DNA of 63,313 nucleotides, counting the filler, from Phoronis australis (lineage: Eukaryota; Animalia; Phoronida): NCBI GenBank assembly GCA_002633005.1. It is 3 parts of 3 records of this genome, joined end to end, with 100 filler letters (N's around TTAATTAATTAA, not from the genome) between each part and the next. Parts side by side here need not be neighbours in the genome. Positions count along the whole stretch, not along the records: positions 33,141 to 63,313 come from NMRA01001065.1; 2 more parts are not named here. One strand, given 5' to 3'. How positions within the stretch are numbered: position 1 is the stretch's first letter; each line of letters opens with the position of its first letter. Positions 34,859 to 48,888 of the stretch are shown piece after piece. The position numbers and the translations under genes were made by a program. The notes beneath the pieces were generated by a model, which did not search any database, was not told where the DNA came from, and was given only the letters and a program-made list of their open reading frames with translations.

Positions 34859-37501
34859 GAGTGACTCCATATAAAAACCAACAGGTAGAGTCTATACCCA
34901 AAATCACCGATTTTTTTGAAACTTAGCACATGAGTTTGGTTTGTTGAGATGTAGAAAAAACTCACTTTTTAAGACTTTTCATTCATTATTTTTCTTTTTA
35001 TGACCCATACCCCCATTTTGCAACAAAATTGGGCGTCGAAGTAGGCATGTTTGAATGCATTTTACAAGCATGTGTGGTCAAAACAAATGAATAATACGAA
35101 TTGAAAGCGCAGTGGCTGAAAAATTTAATGGCATAACTTTCAAAATCCATTTTTAAATTTGTACATTTTGAATTTGTGAGGCAAAAACGGCTATTTTTCA
35201 GGTTTTCACTGAAGCCATTTTCGGCCAAATTTGGCAATCTGTAGAAGCCATAACGCACCTTTCCTGAAATTGACTTTATAATAATTTGTTTAGTCATTCC
35301 TAACCTGTTCATAATCTCAAATAAAAAATCTTGACTCTAATGTAGTTTTTGCGTACGAAGCATTACACGAACTGCACTTCGTCCTTTTGCATGTTCTCAG
35401 TTGCCTCTGCTACCAATAGGGGGCTCTTGGAACATATAATTAGCTTGCGAAACGCGACATATAAACCTTGTATTTTGGAGAAAAGGCAGACAGCATTATT
35501 AATTACCATTCTCTGAAAACGGCACTGATGATTATTGCTTATTACAAAAAATATGTAACGTGAATCAACTGGCATGCATGGTTCTAAATGATAGATGGCG
35601 CTGCTTTTGTTGACGTAGAGACTGAAGACGCATCTAGAATAAGAGCAGTAACACGTGGACCTTGCTATAATTCAAGACTTAGCGAGATATTGCCCTGCAT
35701 TTTGAATGAGAACACGTGGTTTTGGATAAATTTTACAAAGGTTCTAGTGTTACTGAACTCACCGCTGTCTTGTTTTCTATATGCCTTGTTCGTGCCACTG
35801 GCAAAGGAAGGCACCCAAGGTGGATATGGCTCCTAGTGTTCAGTGCAAAAAATCCTTCAACTTGTCAATAGTCATTGTAACTTTGGATTCATATTGTAAT
35901 GTCCCTGATGGTTTCTACAAATTTTAGTCGCCACCAGTCGCCAGAAATCTGGTGTTCCCCCCACACACCGGGCACCCTAACGCTGAATATTTCTGTCAGT
36001 GTGAAAAAGGTACACATTCACAGTCAGTAGAAAATAATTCACGAGAGACAATTTTATTAATGACTCGTTCATGACAGACATGAAATAAACAGAAGTAACG
36101 GTCTCGACTTCATATATCACACATCTTTGACTGGTATGCTACAAAACTAGGCTAAACGTTGAGCTCATTTACCATTTCATTCAGTAAATCTAGCGATATG
36201 GCAGCATCTTCAGCAGAAATAATATTGCATCGTCATAAACAATGCTGCAGACAACCTCGAAAAAATCCACCAATATGCGATTCACTTAATATCACAGGTA
36301 AACACTTTACCAGTGGGTTCTCGTGATGTTTTCTCCATTTTGGCTCTTCCGAGGGAGAACGTATTTACCTGACTTATCTCCTTCATCGAATATGTTCGTC
36401 AGAAAGTTCTTAACCTTTGCCGAAAATCTTGTTGACACTTTACCTTTTTTCAATGCCTAACCTATTGCTTCAGCATTCGTCTCATCCAAATAGTACTCTG
36501 AGGCTGCCTCAAATGACGCTCCGGTTCTTGCATGTGAAAGCATTTCTGACCACTGTAGTGCGATGTGGTCATACGTGGTTTCCCTCTGTAAATGTNGTCT
36601 TTTTAAAATGCACTTGCTTCTCTCAAAACCAGTCATTACAACTATCAATTCTTACTCGTTTAATCTTAAAGGCATTTATTTCCATTAAAAATTTCTACAG
36701 AGTGTTTAAATTAACCTGATAATGTAAAAGAAATGAAAGAATACAAGAGGGTTACACGTACATCTTTTATATATCCTCAAGCTTAACCTCAACTGACTCC
36801 CTCAGTGGGTAAAGGTCATCGGGTTCAGGTTTGATACTAGCCACCTAATAAACCCAGAAAACCTCTTGTTTTCATTTGAAAGAGTTTAGACTTGGTTTGT
36901 ATTACTATTTAAAGCAGACTTCTTGCCTAAAAGTTTGTTCAAATGGTCTGTAAACTCTGCTCGTCATTTCCAAACTATGAAAGTAGACAATTTTGCAATA
37001 CAATTTTCACTATGGTGCAAAGTTGAGGCAAGATTTTTTATTGCTCAGTCATCAAGACTAGCTCTTTAACTGTATGTTCAAAACGTCACATAAGGCTACC
37101 AGGTGTTTTATGGCAGTAAAAAGGTCACAAAAATGGCCACTGAAATTAGCCCCAAAAAGTGGTCTGTGGATTATCTCCCCTGTCTAGCACAAAACTGTCA
37201 GATTTTAATAAATTGCACAGAATTATGTAAAGTATACGTTGGTTATTTCAGCCACCAAAACATAGCTTTTGATCTATTTTGTGTGTTACTCATTTTTGTT
37301 GCTGAAAACATGCGATTTTCGAGACGGCTAATATGCCCAATTGTGCAAATTTGTGTTATCATGCTTCAGCAGCGAAATTAGGGGTCATTGAGTGCACAAA
37401 ATTTGGCATTTGGGTTTATGTTAGGATACCTACCCATTGTTTTAAAGTTTGACGTATAGACTGATTTTTGAAAATCTACTGGTTTTTATATGGACCGTCT
37501 C
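34859..37501. mobile_element. Possible Sola3-like non-autonomous DNA transposon
   Basis: TTAA|GAGTGACTCCATATAAAAACCA ... TGGTTTTTATATGGACCGTCTC|TTAA: imperfect TIR with GAG..CTC ends and TTAA flanks. No transposase recognised. Confidence 0.5.
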
Positions 37502-38416
37502 TTAATAGGTATTGGGTGTGCATTCTTAAAGTGATTTTTTCTGTGTTTGCCTTAATCAGATGCTTATGTGATAACAATGAGGCAACCAAAATGGTTTGTA
37601 ATGATAAGGTGTACCAAATTAATGCCCCTTTTCTAAATTCCACACATAGCTACTCTTAGCTGTGGTGTGTTTGAAATATGAAATCACGAATTTGGCGTTT
37701 ACTTTTGTCTGAAATTGGCAAGATTTGACCATACTCGTAAATAAATGAATAATATGGTAAAACTCGCAAGTAATACTGACGCGTCAGTTCGTTGCTAAAC
37801 ATGTTGATCAGCTCAATTGTTCATGCGTATGATTTTGACATTTTAAGTGTTGGATTCCACTTACAATGTAATTGGATCTGTAGTTTTACATAGTTAGCTG
37901 CTATTAAATGACTTAACTTGTTTTGTGATTACAGTTTTTGTGAGTCACTCATGTGACGCACGATCGGTTTGCTAAAGACTTTCTATTTGCCCTGATACAT
38001 TGGAAGCTGTTTATCCATTCTGTTCTAGTTGTGAACTTGAGTTGGCTGGTGTGTCACTGGTGAGTGGAATAGAATATTTTTGTTTGTGTTACAGAGGGTT
38101 TTGATTCTAAGGCGCACATCATTCTTCAGTGATCAAAACATAGCCTTAATTAATTTGTTGTAACGTGGTTGTTGGTGGGTGACGTTTATGTGGGTAGTAT
38201 TACCAATGAGATCACATGATTACTAAATCAAGCAATGTGCCATCAGATAATTTGTGAAATATAACGTGCGTGCAGATTCAGCAAACGGGATGTTATTCAA
38301 TGTTATACAATATTTGTACAATCATTGTAATTGTACACGATTTGAAACTCACTTAATGAATAAATACTCAAGACTACAGCTACTCTCTATTTTTGCAAGA
38401 TCAACAAGATTTAATG

Positions 38417-38545
38417 TCAATATTTCCTTTTAATCTTGTGTGTCCAAAGATTCCAGGCTAACATGTGATTCCTTTGCTGCAAACTGGGGTGAAAGACATC
38501 GAAGTCAAGTTTCTGAAGCTTTGTGAGGTAGTTGTCAACAGCTAC
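38417..38545 (-). CDS. NDUFAF6: NDUFAF6 exon 9 (stop)
   Basis: tttgtag|VAVDNYLTKLQKLDFDVFHPSLQQRNHMLAWNLWTHKIKRKY*; 129 nt. Confidence 0.92.
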   Translation of the reverse strand, partial: VAVDNYLTKLQKLDFDVFHPSLQQRNHMLAWNLWTHKIKRKY

Positions 38546-39618
38546 CTACAAATCAATGAAAGAAAACAATCATTACCTAATAACTGAGCGGATTAATATA
38601 AGCATCACAAAGTCTGGAATATTGTCGAAGTTATAGCCGTTCACCAGAGGTGGGTTCCTCTGGTGTACAAGAACAACGCAGAGTATTGAACGCCTCCAAC
38701 TGTGTACACCACATATAGCACAGATACAAGGGATGACCGTTATTTTGAATATTCCCGCAAGAGGGAGCAACGCAAGTTATGCTCTCATTAATAGGAACAC
38801 ATATGCCAAACATGAAGATAAAGACTCGGCAGGCACAAAAAACACAAAACTATTGCAAAACATTTTCCTATGTAGGAGGGAGTTACACCACCCCCATTCT
38901 CTGTGAAGCATGCATTGAATTACAGCTTCGCATGTATTCAAACAATAAAACAAAAAATTGAAAAATGAAAACGTAGCTTCAAATAAATATGAAATATTTG
39001 ATAATATCTTTCAGCTTATAGAATTCCGAAAAGTTCACAAATACGAATGAAATAGAGCAGACTTATATTAACTGCCACGACCTCCCTCGTCCTGTTTTTT
39101 TGATGAAAGCAAAACAGTTACCGGACATGAGTTGTCTATGTAGAAAACAGGTGGCATTGTGTGCCACATGCGACAGGTTTTCAACGTGGTGCGTTACATC
39201 TCGTAGCAGCTAGTCTATGGCAGTATTAAGCAACTTTCTCAACATCAACAGGTGAACAGGGGGGATTAACTTCTTATAACTGTGGTTTACACTGTCCCAG
39301 GAAACACACCGCCCTCTTCAGCAACACTCACCCACGAAATATTGATGCACAATTATTTATGGGGAGAATCTGGTGAACAGATGTGTCAAAAAGGTAACAG
39401 AGTAAAACTTCCATGGCATACTGTATCATTCAAGTACCAAGAGATTTTACAAGTCTGACAAACTATAAATTATAAACATGCCTAAAATAGTTACGCATTG
39501 TTTCCAGACTTTTAGTGGAGGAAAACAAATGCTCTGCATTGAAAATTATTGCTTTGAAATTATTCAATAATACAGCCGTGATGATTAAACTTGGGACCAG
39601 TATCAACTGAGTACTTAC

Positions 39619-39675
39619 ACAGGGTAACAGTGCTACTTTGACATTGGTTGGAATTTCTGCCGAAAGCGACCTTGC
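39619..39675 (-). CDS. NDUFAF6: NDUFAF6 exon 8
   Basis: ttttcag|ARSLSAEIPTNVKVALLPC|gtaagt; 57 nt. Confidence 0.88.
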
Positions 39676-40389
39676 CTGAAAAAAGAAAGCTCATGTATAT
39701 GATTGTTGAGTAGAAATACACAGAAAATATTAAACCATGATTGCAAAGGAAATTGTTGATAACTGGAAGATTACTGTCAAAGGACTAGGCAGGAAAAGTT
39801 TCAGTATTAGATAACACGAGGATGTCTAAGGAACAGTAAACTAACAACAGAAACTCTTGTTGTATAATAATATCTAGCTCACAAACATATTGTCCAAATT
39901 TTATAGAAGATTTAAAAATATGAATTTAGAAAAAAAACAGTGCAGGTGGCCTGATGTCATTTGCAGTGCATCAGATGTGCGCAGGCCTCATGGTTGGGCC
40001 CACTGCACAAAACACCTGAGATAAAGCACGAGAGCCCCATTATGGTTCTTCGTGAAGAAAGTTTTCAAGTCTGCCCGTCTCTTAAGAAAACAGACAGACT
40101 TTTCCATTTGTTGCCATGCACTATATGTAAAAAGTTTAATGATTGCCTCAACCCCATGTAATTAAATTGCCTGCAGGTTGGGGGTCATCACAGAAACACA
40201 GCTATACAACAATTCCATGCGATAAGACGGAATAAACGGGATGAATTAGGAACACTGAGTTACATGTACTCATGACAACTAAAAAATAAATCGGTACTGA
40301 CAAAAAGCGATGGCAAATGCAATACGACGGTTTATGTCAAGACATAGTTTCTGAACTATACTCATGCATATTTACTGTGGAAACCATAC

Positions 40390-40491
40390 CTTCTGTAAAT
40401 GTTGGTATCCTCTACTAGCTATGTCATACATGACATCAGAGACTCGCTGCTCACGGCGACCTCGAATGATATCTTCATGAGACACATTGTT
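40390..40491 (-). CDS. NDUFAF6: NDUFAF6 exon 7
   Basis: tgcag|NNVSHEDIIRGRREQRVSDVMYDIASRGYQHLQK|gtatgg; 102 nt. Confidence 0.92.
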
Positions 40492-41157
40492 CTGCAATGG
40501 TGAGTCAACACGAGTGTTAGTCCTAAAATTTCCTCACGTGGCTGCACCCAGTCCATTTGCAGTTTGCCTACAGCCACATTCTGAATCCAACAATTTTCTA
40601 CCCCAAAGATAGAAAAAAGCATTGCATGATTAACAAGGCCGCTCAAGGCAACTGAGCTGAGGGACGCAAAAAGAAAAAAATATATTGCACCTCAGTCGGA
40701 TTACAACATTTTGTGATGGCACCGTAACCTGGGTGCTAAGCAACACCTAAACTTAGCTAGTATTGTAGATTGACAAATGTCAAAATAATTTGGAGCAACA
40801 TAATGATCAGCATCGTTGTGGTGTACAGCTTCCAGATGAGTGCAGCATCACGGGCAAATCTAGGATACCAACAGTGTTACTGATTTGGCTGTGTCCATGG
40901 GGAGGGAGAAGGATTGGGCTCCTCTAAATCTACATGAGCAATGTGAATAAATATTGCAATACCAATGCATGACATGGACGTCTGCACTAAATCTTGTAGT
41001 GTGTCTTCCGCTGGTTGAAGATAGAAGTGTGGTTAGTGCAGTTAGTGGAAGGCCATGTACAACTGAGAAATAACAACTGTTTTAAACCAGCAAGATGCTT
41101 GGGTTTGTACAAGTAGTAAGAGCGTAAAGACATGATAACAGGTGTCAAAGTTCTTAC

Positions 41158-41291
41158 CTTAATCATGACATCTGTTGGAAGATATACCCGACTTCTGTTA
41201 CCATGGTAAGGCACAGCTCTCAGAACAGTGGTGACTGCTTGTGCCTTTCCAAGATGACTTGCTGCGTGGTCAGCATTCACATTTTCTACAC
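41158..41291 (-). CDS. NDUFAF6: NDUFAF6 exon 6
   Basis: (G)VENVNADHAASHLGKAQAVTTVLRAVPYH...YLPTDVMIK|gtaaga; 134 nt. Confidence 0.95.
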
Positions 41292-41941
41292 CTGTGGAAT
41301 GGATGTAAAGATGAAATTTGATAGTCAAGTTACCATTGTCTGGGACCCTAGAAAAATATGCAAATTTGGCTAACTTCTGAACGTCTCATCTCAGAAATGG
41401 CAGACTGGATTCACATGAAACTTTCAGATACTACGTTTTATGCACTTTCCTACAAAACAGTTCTAGAAATTGTTTTAAAAATGTCCCACTTCACTATCAA
41501 AAATGAGCACTTTTGCATCTGATTCTTATTTTAAAAAATCAAAAGTTGCATAAAACGCAAGGAAATTAGAAAACTGTAACCGCATTTTTGAGATTTCATC
41601 TTTTACAGACTTAAAAACTTTAGTGAATGAACATATTGGGCTAATTAGAGAGATGTTGATAACTGATAAGGTTCTAGCTAACCTTCAGTTTATACGAATT
41701 GTCCAGAGCAGAAATCTTTTCTAATCCTAGCAAGAAATAAGCCAACATCAAAGTAATAAGTGCATAAAAGGTAGACCTCAAAAGTGATTTTGACACTGGC
41801 TTGTGGATTGTGGCTTATCTCCAATTCATGTTTAGTTACCACTAACTTTATATTAAAACACTGAAAAGCTTAGTTTTCTCCCAACCTTATCATTGAGGTT
41901 GTAGTACGCGATAGTGAAATAAATGCAGAAGTCATTTTTAC

Positions 41942-42047
41942 CCAGAGCCTGTAGAGTAAGATAATGAACTGAAGACATCGTCTGCTCTCCATGGTCTTCT
42001 AATTCTTCCAAGTCACGATAGGGGGCGTCAGCGAGTAGCTGCTGCTC
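41942..42047 (-). CDS. NDUFAF6: NDUFAF6 exon 5
   Basis: cccag|EQQLLADAPYRDLEELEDHGEQTMSSVHYLTLQAL G|gtaaaa; 106 nt. Confidence 0.92.
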
Positions 42048-42540
42048 CTGGGTAAATAAACCACATTCCAAAAGGAGTTGTAAATTAGTCAACAGTACTC
42101 ACACAATGTTTTTTTATTGTTAATAAAAGTTACTTGGAAGTTGCTGACCACAACCCACCACTTTGTTCCAACAAATGTGATTATTTCAAAGCTTCATCGA
42201 CTGTCGAACTTTATTACAATGAACCTCACTGCGTGAAAGGTTCGTCATATCAGGGGTTCACTATAAGCAAACAAATATTCTAGAGAAAATGCGTTACTCA
42301 ACAGAAGCATGTGGTTACAACTCGCCAATTTAGGACAAATATGGCGGTCAAGAAACATAGCACCAAATAAACGTTTTGCCAATAACGTTCAAATTCTGTG
42401 CCATAGCTACCACTAGACAAAAATTGTGAACATTCACAAGAACGTTAGAAGGAAATTGTTTTTGTCTGAAGTTGTTAAAGTTTTACCATACATCACACAA
42501 AATCTGAATTTTAATTAAAAAACACATATACCACACTTAC

Positions 42541-42597
42541 CCGACGCTCAATAATTCTTGTTAGCCATCTCTTAGAAAGTTTTTGTTTCCTTATAGC
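42541..42597 (-). CDS. NDUFAF6: NDUFAF6 exon 4
   Basis: tttcag|AIRKQKLSKRWLTRIIERR|gtaagt; 57 nt. Confidence 0.9.
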
Positions 42598-43510
42598 CTG
42601 AAAAAGTGTCAATACTTGGAGACACTGGAAAATATTCACACATAGATAGCGCAGTGCACCATTGGCAAATGCAGAAAGATGCCATATTATTTCATTGTCT
42701 TGTTAGTGGAGAGAAAACTGTGGCCAATACTAAGAGTAACTGCAATTCACAGCCAAACATTAATTACAACTGTATCACATAACATCTAGTTATTCTTGAG
42801 AGTTCGACGTATTTAATAGCAAAACAAAACAATATTTTGACCCAGCTTCGGTTCCCACAAAAATGACAAAACTGTTTTTTTTTTGGAAATGACAAACATT
42901 TAAACAGTTTGCAAACTAATACTGGAATAAAAACTTACAAAAGTTAGCGACGTTTTTTTTTTATATTCCAGCATTAGACTCAAACTTGATCTGTTTTCTC
43001 ATTTGGATGTCTCAATATTTTCATGCATTTAGTTTGCAAATAACTAAATTACTAAGTTTCAAAATGTAAAGGCAGCTACTGAAAAATGTATTTGAACAAA
43101 AATGCTTATTTCATTAAATATTTTCTTAGTGATCTCAAAAACATTATTTTCCAATTAAAGACTCATCAAAAATTTCTACAAATCTTCCACGGAATGGCGA
43201 ATTGTCACATGCTCTTTAATAAAGGTGTATACCATGGTGAGCATAATAGAGTAGAGACCTGTATGTTTCATGAAAAGTGACTTAAAGTCCCTCTTTATTG
43301 GTAACAGCCAGTTCAAAGAAACATGGTCACGAAAACTGACTTTCCACAACTTGTGACAGTATTGCTATTACATGTGCACATTTGTAGTAAGTATAGTGTT
43401 AGGTCGCCACACCACATGGAATAAACAAGATCATTAAATTGTCAGTCATTTTTAAAAGGTTTATTGAAAGCAATCAGACAACTTATCTTCAAACTTCCAA
43501 AACTGAATAC

Positions 43511-43633
43511 CTTTGCCAACTCCAAGGCAACTGGAGTTTGTGGAGATTCACCTTGGAATATCTGTAGGACTGCATCTTTCCAGAACCTCATTCGCATCAA
43601 ACCTATCTGTTTCTCAGATACAATATCTTGGAC
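43511..43633 (-). CDS. NDUFAF6: NDUFAF6 exon 3
   Basis: ttccag|VQDIVSEKQIGLMRMRFWKDAV...PVALELAK|gtattc; 123 nt. Confidence 0.95.
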
Positions 43634-44459
43634 CTGGAACAATGCTATTGAACTTGTAGAATGACAACTGTTATAGCCTGAAAGGAAAATGAAGGGATTA
43701 AAAGAGCTCCGTAAAAATGAGCCGCACTTTGATACCCAGTCATACTGACACAAGACTACGTGTACTTTTTCTACTGGAACAATAGCCAGATCCAATACTG
43801 AAATACGCTCTTCTAGGATTTAAGGTGTAAAAATAGACAGTGACCAACAGCAGCGATCCCATGATGGACCTATTACAGGTGAAAATTCGAGGCAAAACCC
43901 AATTAAATTTGTAAACTGAAGCGGGAGTTTCAATTACGTCATTCCCTGCCAACACAATAAGAGAACCATGTGGCTAGGCTGCCAACACTCAACAGGCACA
44001 TATAGTTTTATGACATAATGTAGTGTCCTAAAAGATTACATTAGGTGACCAAGCAGCTGAAGCAGCTGCACTGAATTCAATGGGCTATTATGTTCACATT
44101 AGCAAACTCCAACCTTTGACAGTCAATTTTTACCTGCAACAGGTGCCTCATGCATTTACAGGGGGCAACCTACAGAATGAAACTGCCATTGCTACTTTTT
44201 CAGCTTCCATGTTCCTGTTTTCAATGCAGCTCATAGCACAGTAATCATAACTCGCAACAGAAAGGGTGACTACAAAATGATCGCAACAGACAAGTCATGC
44301 AGTAATATGTGAAACTCCATAGCCCGAGGCAGAAAAAATCCTCTCAATAGTGTTGTTTAGTTATAAGTAGGAAAATATGTAACTGCAGTTTTCAAAAAGA
44401 GCAGCTATAGTGTCCTGTTTTGTGAAAATGAGTTAGGAATATACCGATTTTGTCCATAC

Positions 44460-44559
44460 CTGAGCCAACTCGACATTAAACGCCTTGATCGCAAACACAC
44501 TGGATCTCACGTGTTCTGGCAATAACAACGTGCATAAGAAGTTCTCGTAGTCTGCTTTT
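44460..44559 (-). CDS. NDUFAF6: NDUFAF6 exon 2
   Basis: ttacag|(R)[33 protein letters not shown]|gtatgg; 100 nt. Confidence 0.95.
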
Positions 44560-46534
44560 CTGTAAGAACATGTAAAATAAGACATTCAAAGTGTTGATTT
44601 TTCTGAAATATCATTTTGAGAATCAGTATTAAGGATTATTAACAAGTAATTTCTTTCAGATAACAATAGAAAGAAAATGACACAAATATTTTGAAATTGA
44701 ATGTTTTGAAAAACTAATCACACATCTTAATTGTTAAACACTATATTCATCATACCAACAACCAACACGCCTATACTGAGGAAGTAAAACAATAATATGG
44801 CGTCAGGTCATTAGGCTGTGCATGGGCATCTAAAAACATAATTTTTAAACAGTTTGAACTGGAGATTTACCTGAACTTAAAAGAGAAAAATATTCAAGCC
44901 AATGCACAGGGAGTTGCATTCATGTCTCAGTAATTTCAGATGTTAGTTGAATATTTTTAAAATAAATACCACGGACGCTTAAAAGAAGAAATTATTGTTT
45001 GTTAGTTCCAGAAAGGGAAATTATGTTTTGGCAGCTAACTTTTTTCCAAAAAGGGCTCTTCTAAAGGTTCTGCAACTTTCAAAATACCCGATTTAGACCA
45101 CTCATTACTTGAGCAAGCACGGTCAAGCTTCACCTCACGCAATATTTTTCTCCAAGCTTGAATATCTTTGCAGTCTTACAAACCATTCATCCATAAGCTT
45201 GAAAACCATTAATACTCATGAGAAGTGTATGAGTTATAAGTTTGTTGGGCAAGTCCCCGTTTAAACAATGAATTCCAAGTTTGGAGAACCTTGCCTCATG
45301 GAAACTGTTGCTTCTAAAAATCTAGCTCTTTGACAGCTTGTTGAGTATTACATGATTACTGGAAATATTTAGTTTAACGCCCTGGGCACCTAAATTGGCA
45401 AACCCAAAAATTTGGGAGTGGACGTTAACCAGACATGGGCGCTTAAATCGGAAATCCACCTAAAGTTGGGGATGGGCGGTTAAGTGAACATGGGTGCTAA
45501 CCCAAATGTTTATGATAGTATATCTATATATTTTTTTGGTCTCTTGTATTTTTAATGAGGTATAAATTGTATAGATCTGAGTTTTAACAAACTACATCAC
45601 AATCGTCACTAACACTTTATTTTTGGGGGTTACCAGTATGCCCTTTACTTTTAAAGATTAAATGAAGGTTAAGAAATTCTAAGCATCTCTGAACTCATTT
45701 ACTGTTCTTGACAAAAGTCGACTCCATTACAGTAACTTTAGATCTCATAAACCCACCTGCCATCCAAGCAAAATTTGGATTTTACTCATTTGTTATGTCT
45801 CGCACCTTTACACAGAAAGATGAGCGCGTGGCCAGTTTATATAGGATGAGTGTATTCCTTAAATTAGTACTTAAATCACTGGAAAGTTTTCGTTCGGTAA
45901 CTGAAGGGTGAGCACACAATTTTGTGTAAATTATGCTGAAACCCTTACTAAACTATCAAAGTTACTACGTGTACCTTTCAAGTCCAGATGAACACATTTG
46001 GAAGCAGTTGGAGTCTTTAAATCCTTCCAACTTGAGTAAATACTCCCACAATCAACATTTCTTTCCAAATAGTCCTTTGTTCAGTTACTGGAATCGGGAA
46101 CTGAGCCATTTCTATTTTGGCTGCATGAAAATTTTAAATCCCATAAATGTTCACCTACGGTAACTAACACACTACACTGGTGATCAGCCAGAGTTCACTG
46201 GTGCTTAAAATTTGGCCACCACGGTTGCAGCTCTCCTACCAGGACGAAATGGAATTGTTAACGAATAAATTAAGCGATGTCTTGCAAAGAAATCTTGAAT
46301 TAGTGACTTTTTGTTCCAGCTAGAAGGAATTAAAGACATCTCCGGCCTCCTAAGGTGTACCTCTAAGGTCAAAAGGTACTAATAGCGATGTGACTTGAGT
46401 CACTGTGAGGCTTAATTTGCTGAAATGCTTCAGGTGTGTGATGGACCTATGAAAGGATCACCCTCTGTGCCTGCTGAGCGGGACCAGTTGCCCCAGTTAT
46501 TCAAAAGGTCAGGTACTAGACGTAGGTAATTGTT

Positions 46535-47276
46535 TACAATATGACGACACTGACCAACACACATGATTTTGGCATTGCCAATCTCATTCCAAAAATATAT
46601 ATGAATGTGTTGGATCTCCTATTGCGTTTCCTCACTATTTTACCGTCAAAATTCTGTTTGCACTATTTCCTCGTTGACACTACTATGTTCGCACAACTCA
46701 AGATTATAGAGACACCTGTTGCTTATGAATGAAACACCATCAACATTTTTGAATGGTATTTGGCTGCAACATTCCCCCACAAGTTTTTCTGAAATAACAC
46801 GGAGCAACATTTCTCCATTTCCCAAAAATCTTTAGAGTTGTGATCATTTGACCACTTTTACATGGAATTCTCTGAAGTGATATAGTGATATCCTTTTCAT
46901 GAATTTGGACCTTGAAATTTAAACATCCTTTTTGTGGATTCGTGTTAGCAGATGCGTACCAGGATCACCAAAAGAATTCGAACCCATGGGACTGTAACTC
47001 GTGCCCAGGACTGACATCTATTGGACAGTTTGAACTTATGAAGAACAATGTTCTGAAGAATATGTGGCAGTAGATTAGTTGTTTTTGGCAGCCAGATGAC
47101 TCCTTCAATTCAATATGGCGATATCATGCACTACCGGCAAACAGAGAGAGCAGAAAGTTGATGATAAAATACTAAGGGAATGGAGTAGAAGACATTTTCA
47201 TGTATTTTTGGAAAGGTAATGCAAGGAATTGAACAATACCAAAATCATGTGTGTAGGTAAGTGTAGTCATATTGTA
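46535..47276. mobile_element. Decayed foldback/MITE-like element in NDUFAF6 intron 1
   Basis: TACAATATGACGACACTGACCAACACACATGATTTTGGCATTG has an imperfect reverse complement at 47234-47276. A minus-strand B-box-like GGGTTCGAATTC lies inside at ~46985. Confidence 0.55.
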
Positions 47277-48029
47277 CACTACATACCATTCTCCTGGAGT
47301 GTGAAAATCAAGAAATTTTCACTATCACAATCTAATCTAGAATCACGCTCGATTAAACTTGTCAAGCACGCCTTTTGTGTTGGTACACAACACTGTGGTT
47401 AAGCTGGTCAGAAATTGCAGTCACACAAACAAATCAACAGGTGAAAGTTAAGAGTAATTTCTCTGAGTCAACCATTTTTCTCCATTCAAAGTTTTTTGAT
47501 GAAAGTATTTCATACCAAACACATCTGCTTCACGACATTTGTTGAAAGTTATTTGCAAATAGTAATTATAAATATCAGTTAGCTGCAGGCTTGCTGTTTA
47601 CAACATAGTTGCTGGACTATATGTGAACTTATCAGAAGAAAGCAGACAATAAGAGAGCTGGACTATGTAAACATTGGTTAGCCACTGCCAAACTGATAAG
47701 GACATGGCTGTATCCCGACTGGCCGACCAGCAGGCCTTTATGCATCGTACATCCTGGGCATCCTAGAACTAATCTGGAGGCCCTGGCAAGGATGCCCAAT
47801 GTAACATTTGGACGCCCACTGTCAATCAGAACCTTTCAGGTTTGGACACACACATTGTAATGATTACTGGGAAGCCGAGTTAATGAGAGAGGCACACAGC
47901 TGAGGAGTAAAGTGAACTCACAGTTGTGGGTCTTTTTTCAACTCGGGGGAAAAATGACTTGTATACAATGTATATACAGAGTTGCCATGTTCAAACATAA
48001 CTGCAAAATTTAAGTTTGATATGAGTGGA

Positions 48030-48065
48030 TGTGTGTGTTTGATATGAGTGGATGAGTGTGTTTGT

Positions 48066-48097
<32 letters not shown>

Positions 48098-48109
48098 TTG
48101 TGTGTGTGT
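48030..48109. repeat. (GT)n imperfect microsatellite
   Basis: Seen directly. Confidence 0.9.
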
Positions 48110-48500
48110 CAGATCTAGGATATGATAAGGGTGGCCCAACATTTTGTTTCATAAAGAATTGCACAAACCACGATTGCAGAGGCGCATAGCACTGAATGGA
48201 GGGAAGTCAGGAAGGGAGGTTCTCCCCCTTCCGCCGAGAGAAAACTTTATTTTTGTTTCTAAAAACAAGTATTTTCATTGATTTTTGAAGTACTATCAGA
48301 GAAAAAACATTGAGAATATGTGTAAAAATGGAAAATTCATACACAGGCATTAAGTACGGACTCAAACTCAAAACCTATTGTCAGAGCATGTGAGCTCTTC
48401 CACTGCGCCACCATGCTTCCAAATAAAATACCATACCCCCCTAAATGGGCCTATGATTGATCTTCCGAGAAAGTTAACTACAAAATCGACTCTCTTGTAG

Positions 48501-48640
48501 ACTTGACTGGCACTGGTCGGATATAGCGGTCCCTGATTTAGAGAACCAGGCAATCACTGAATAACAGGCCTGTTGCTTAGTGGATGAAACTGGTTTTCTA
48601 AATCAGGGACCGCTATATCCGACCAGTGCCGACTCAACTC
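48501..48640. mobile_element. Small hairpin MITE (~40-bp inverted arms)
   Basis: GGCACTGGTCGGATATAGCGGTCCCTGATTTAGA and its reverse complement TCTAAATCAGGGACCGCTATATCCGACCAGTGCC. Confidence 0.75.
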
Positions 48641-48888
48641 AATACAGTGAATTTTTTTCTTTCAGAGTTCTCCTTCTTAGTGTAAGTGACCGCACTCTCT
48701 CTAGAGTATTATGTCACTTTATAACAATGAAGATCAACAAAAATGAGAACAACTATAACAGGTTTAATAAAATATACATTATATAAATATACTGGACGTC
48801 AATTCAGAGGTCAGTTAACACATTGCTAGATCGATTACAAATAAGGCAGACAGTAAGCGGGTGTCCCAAATAGAGGCACACCACTATG

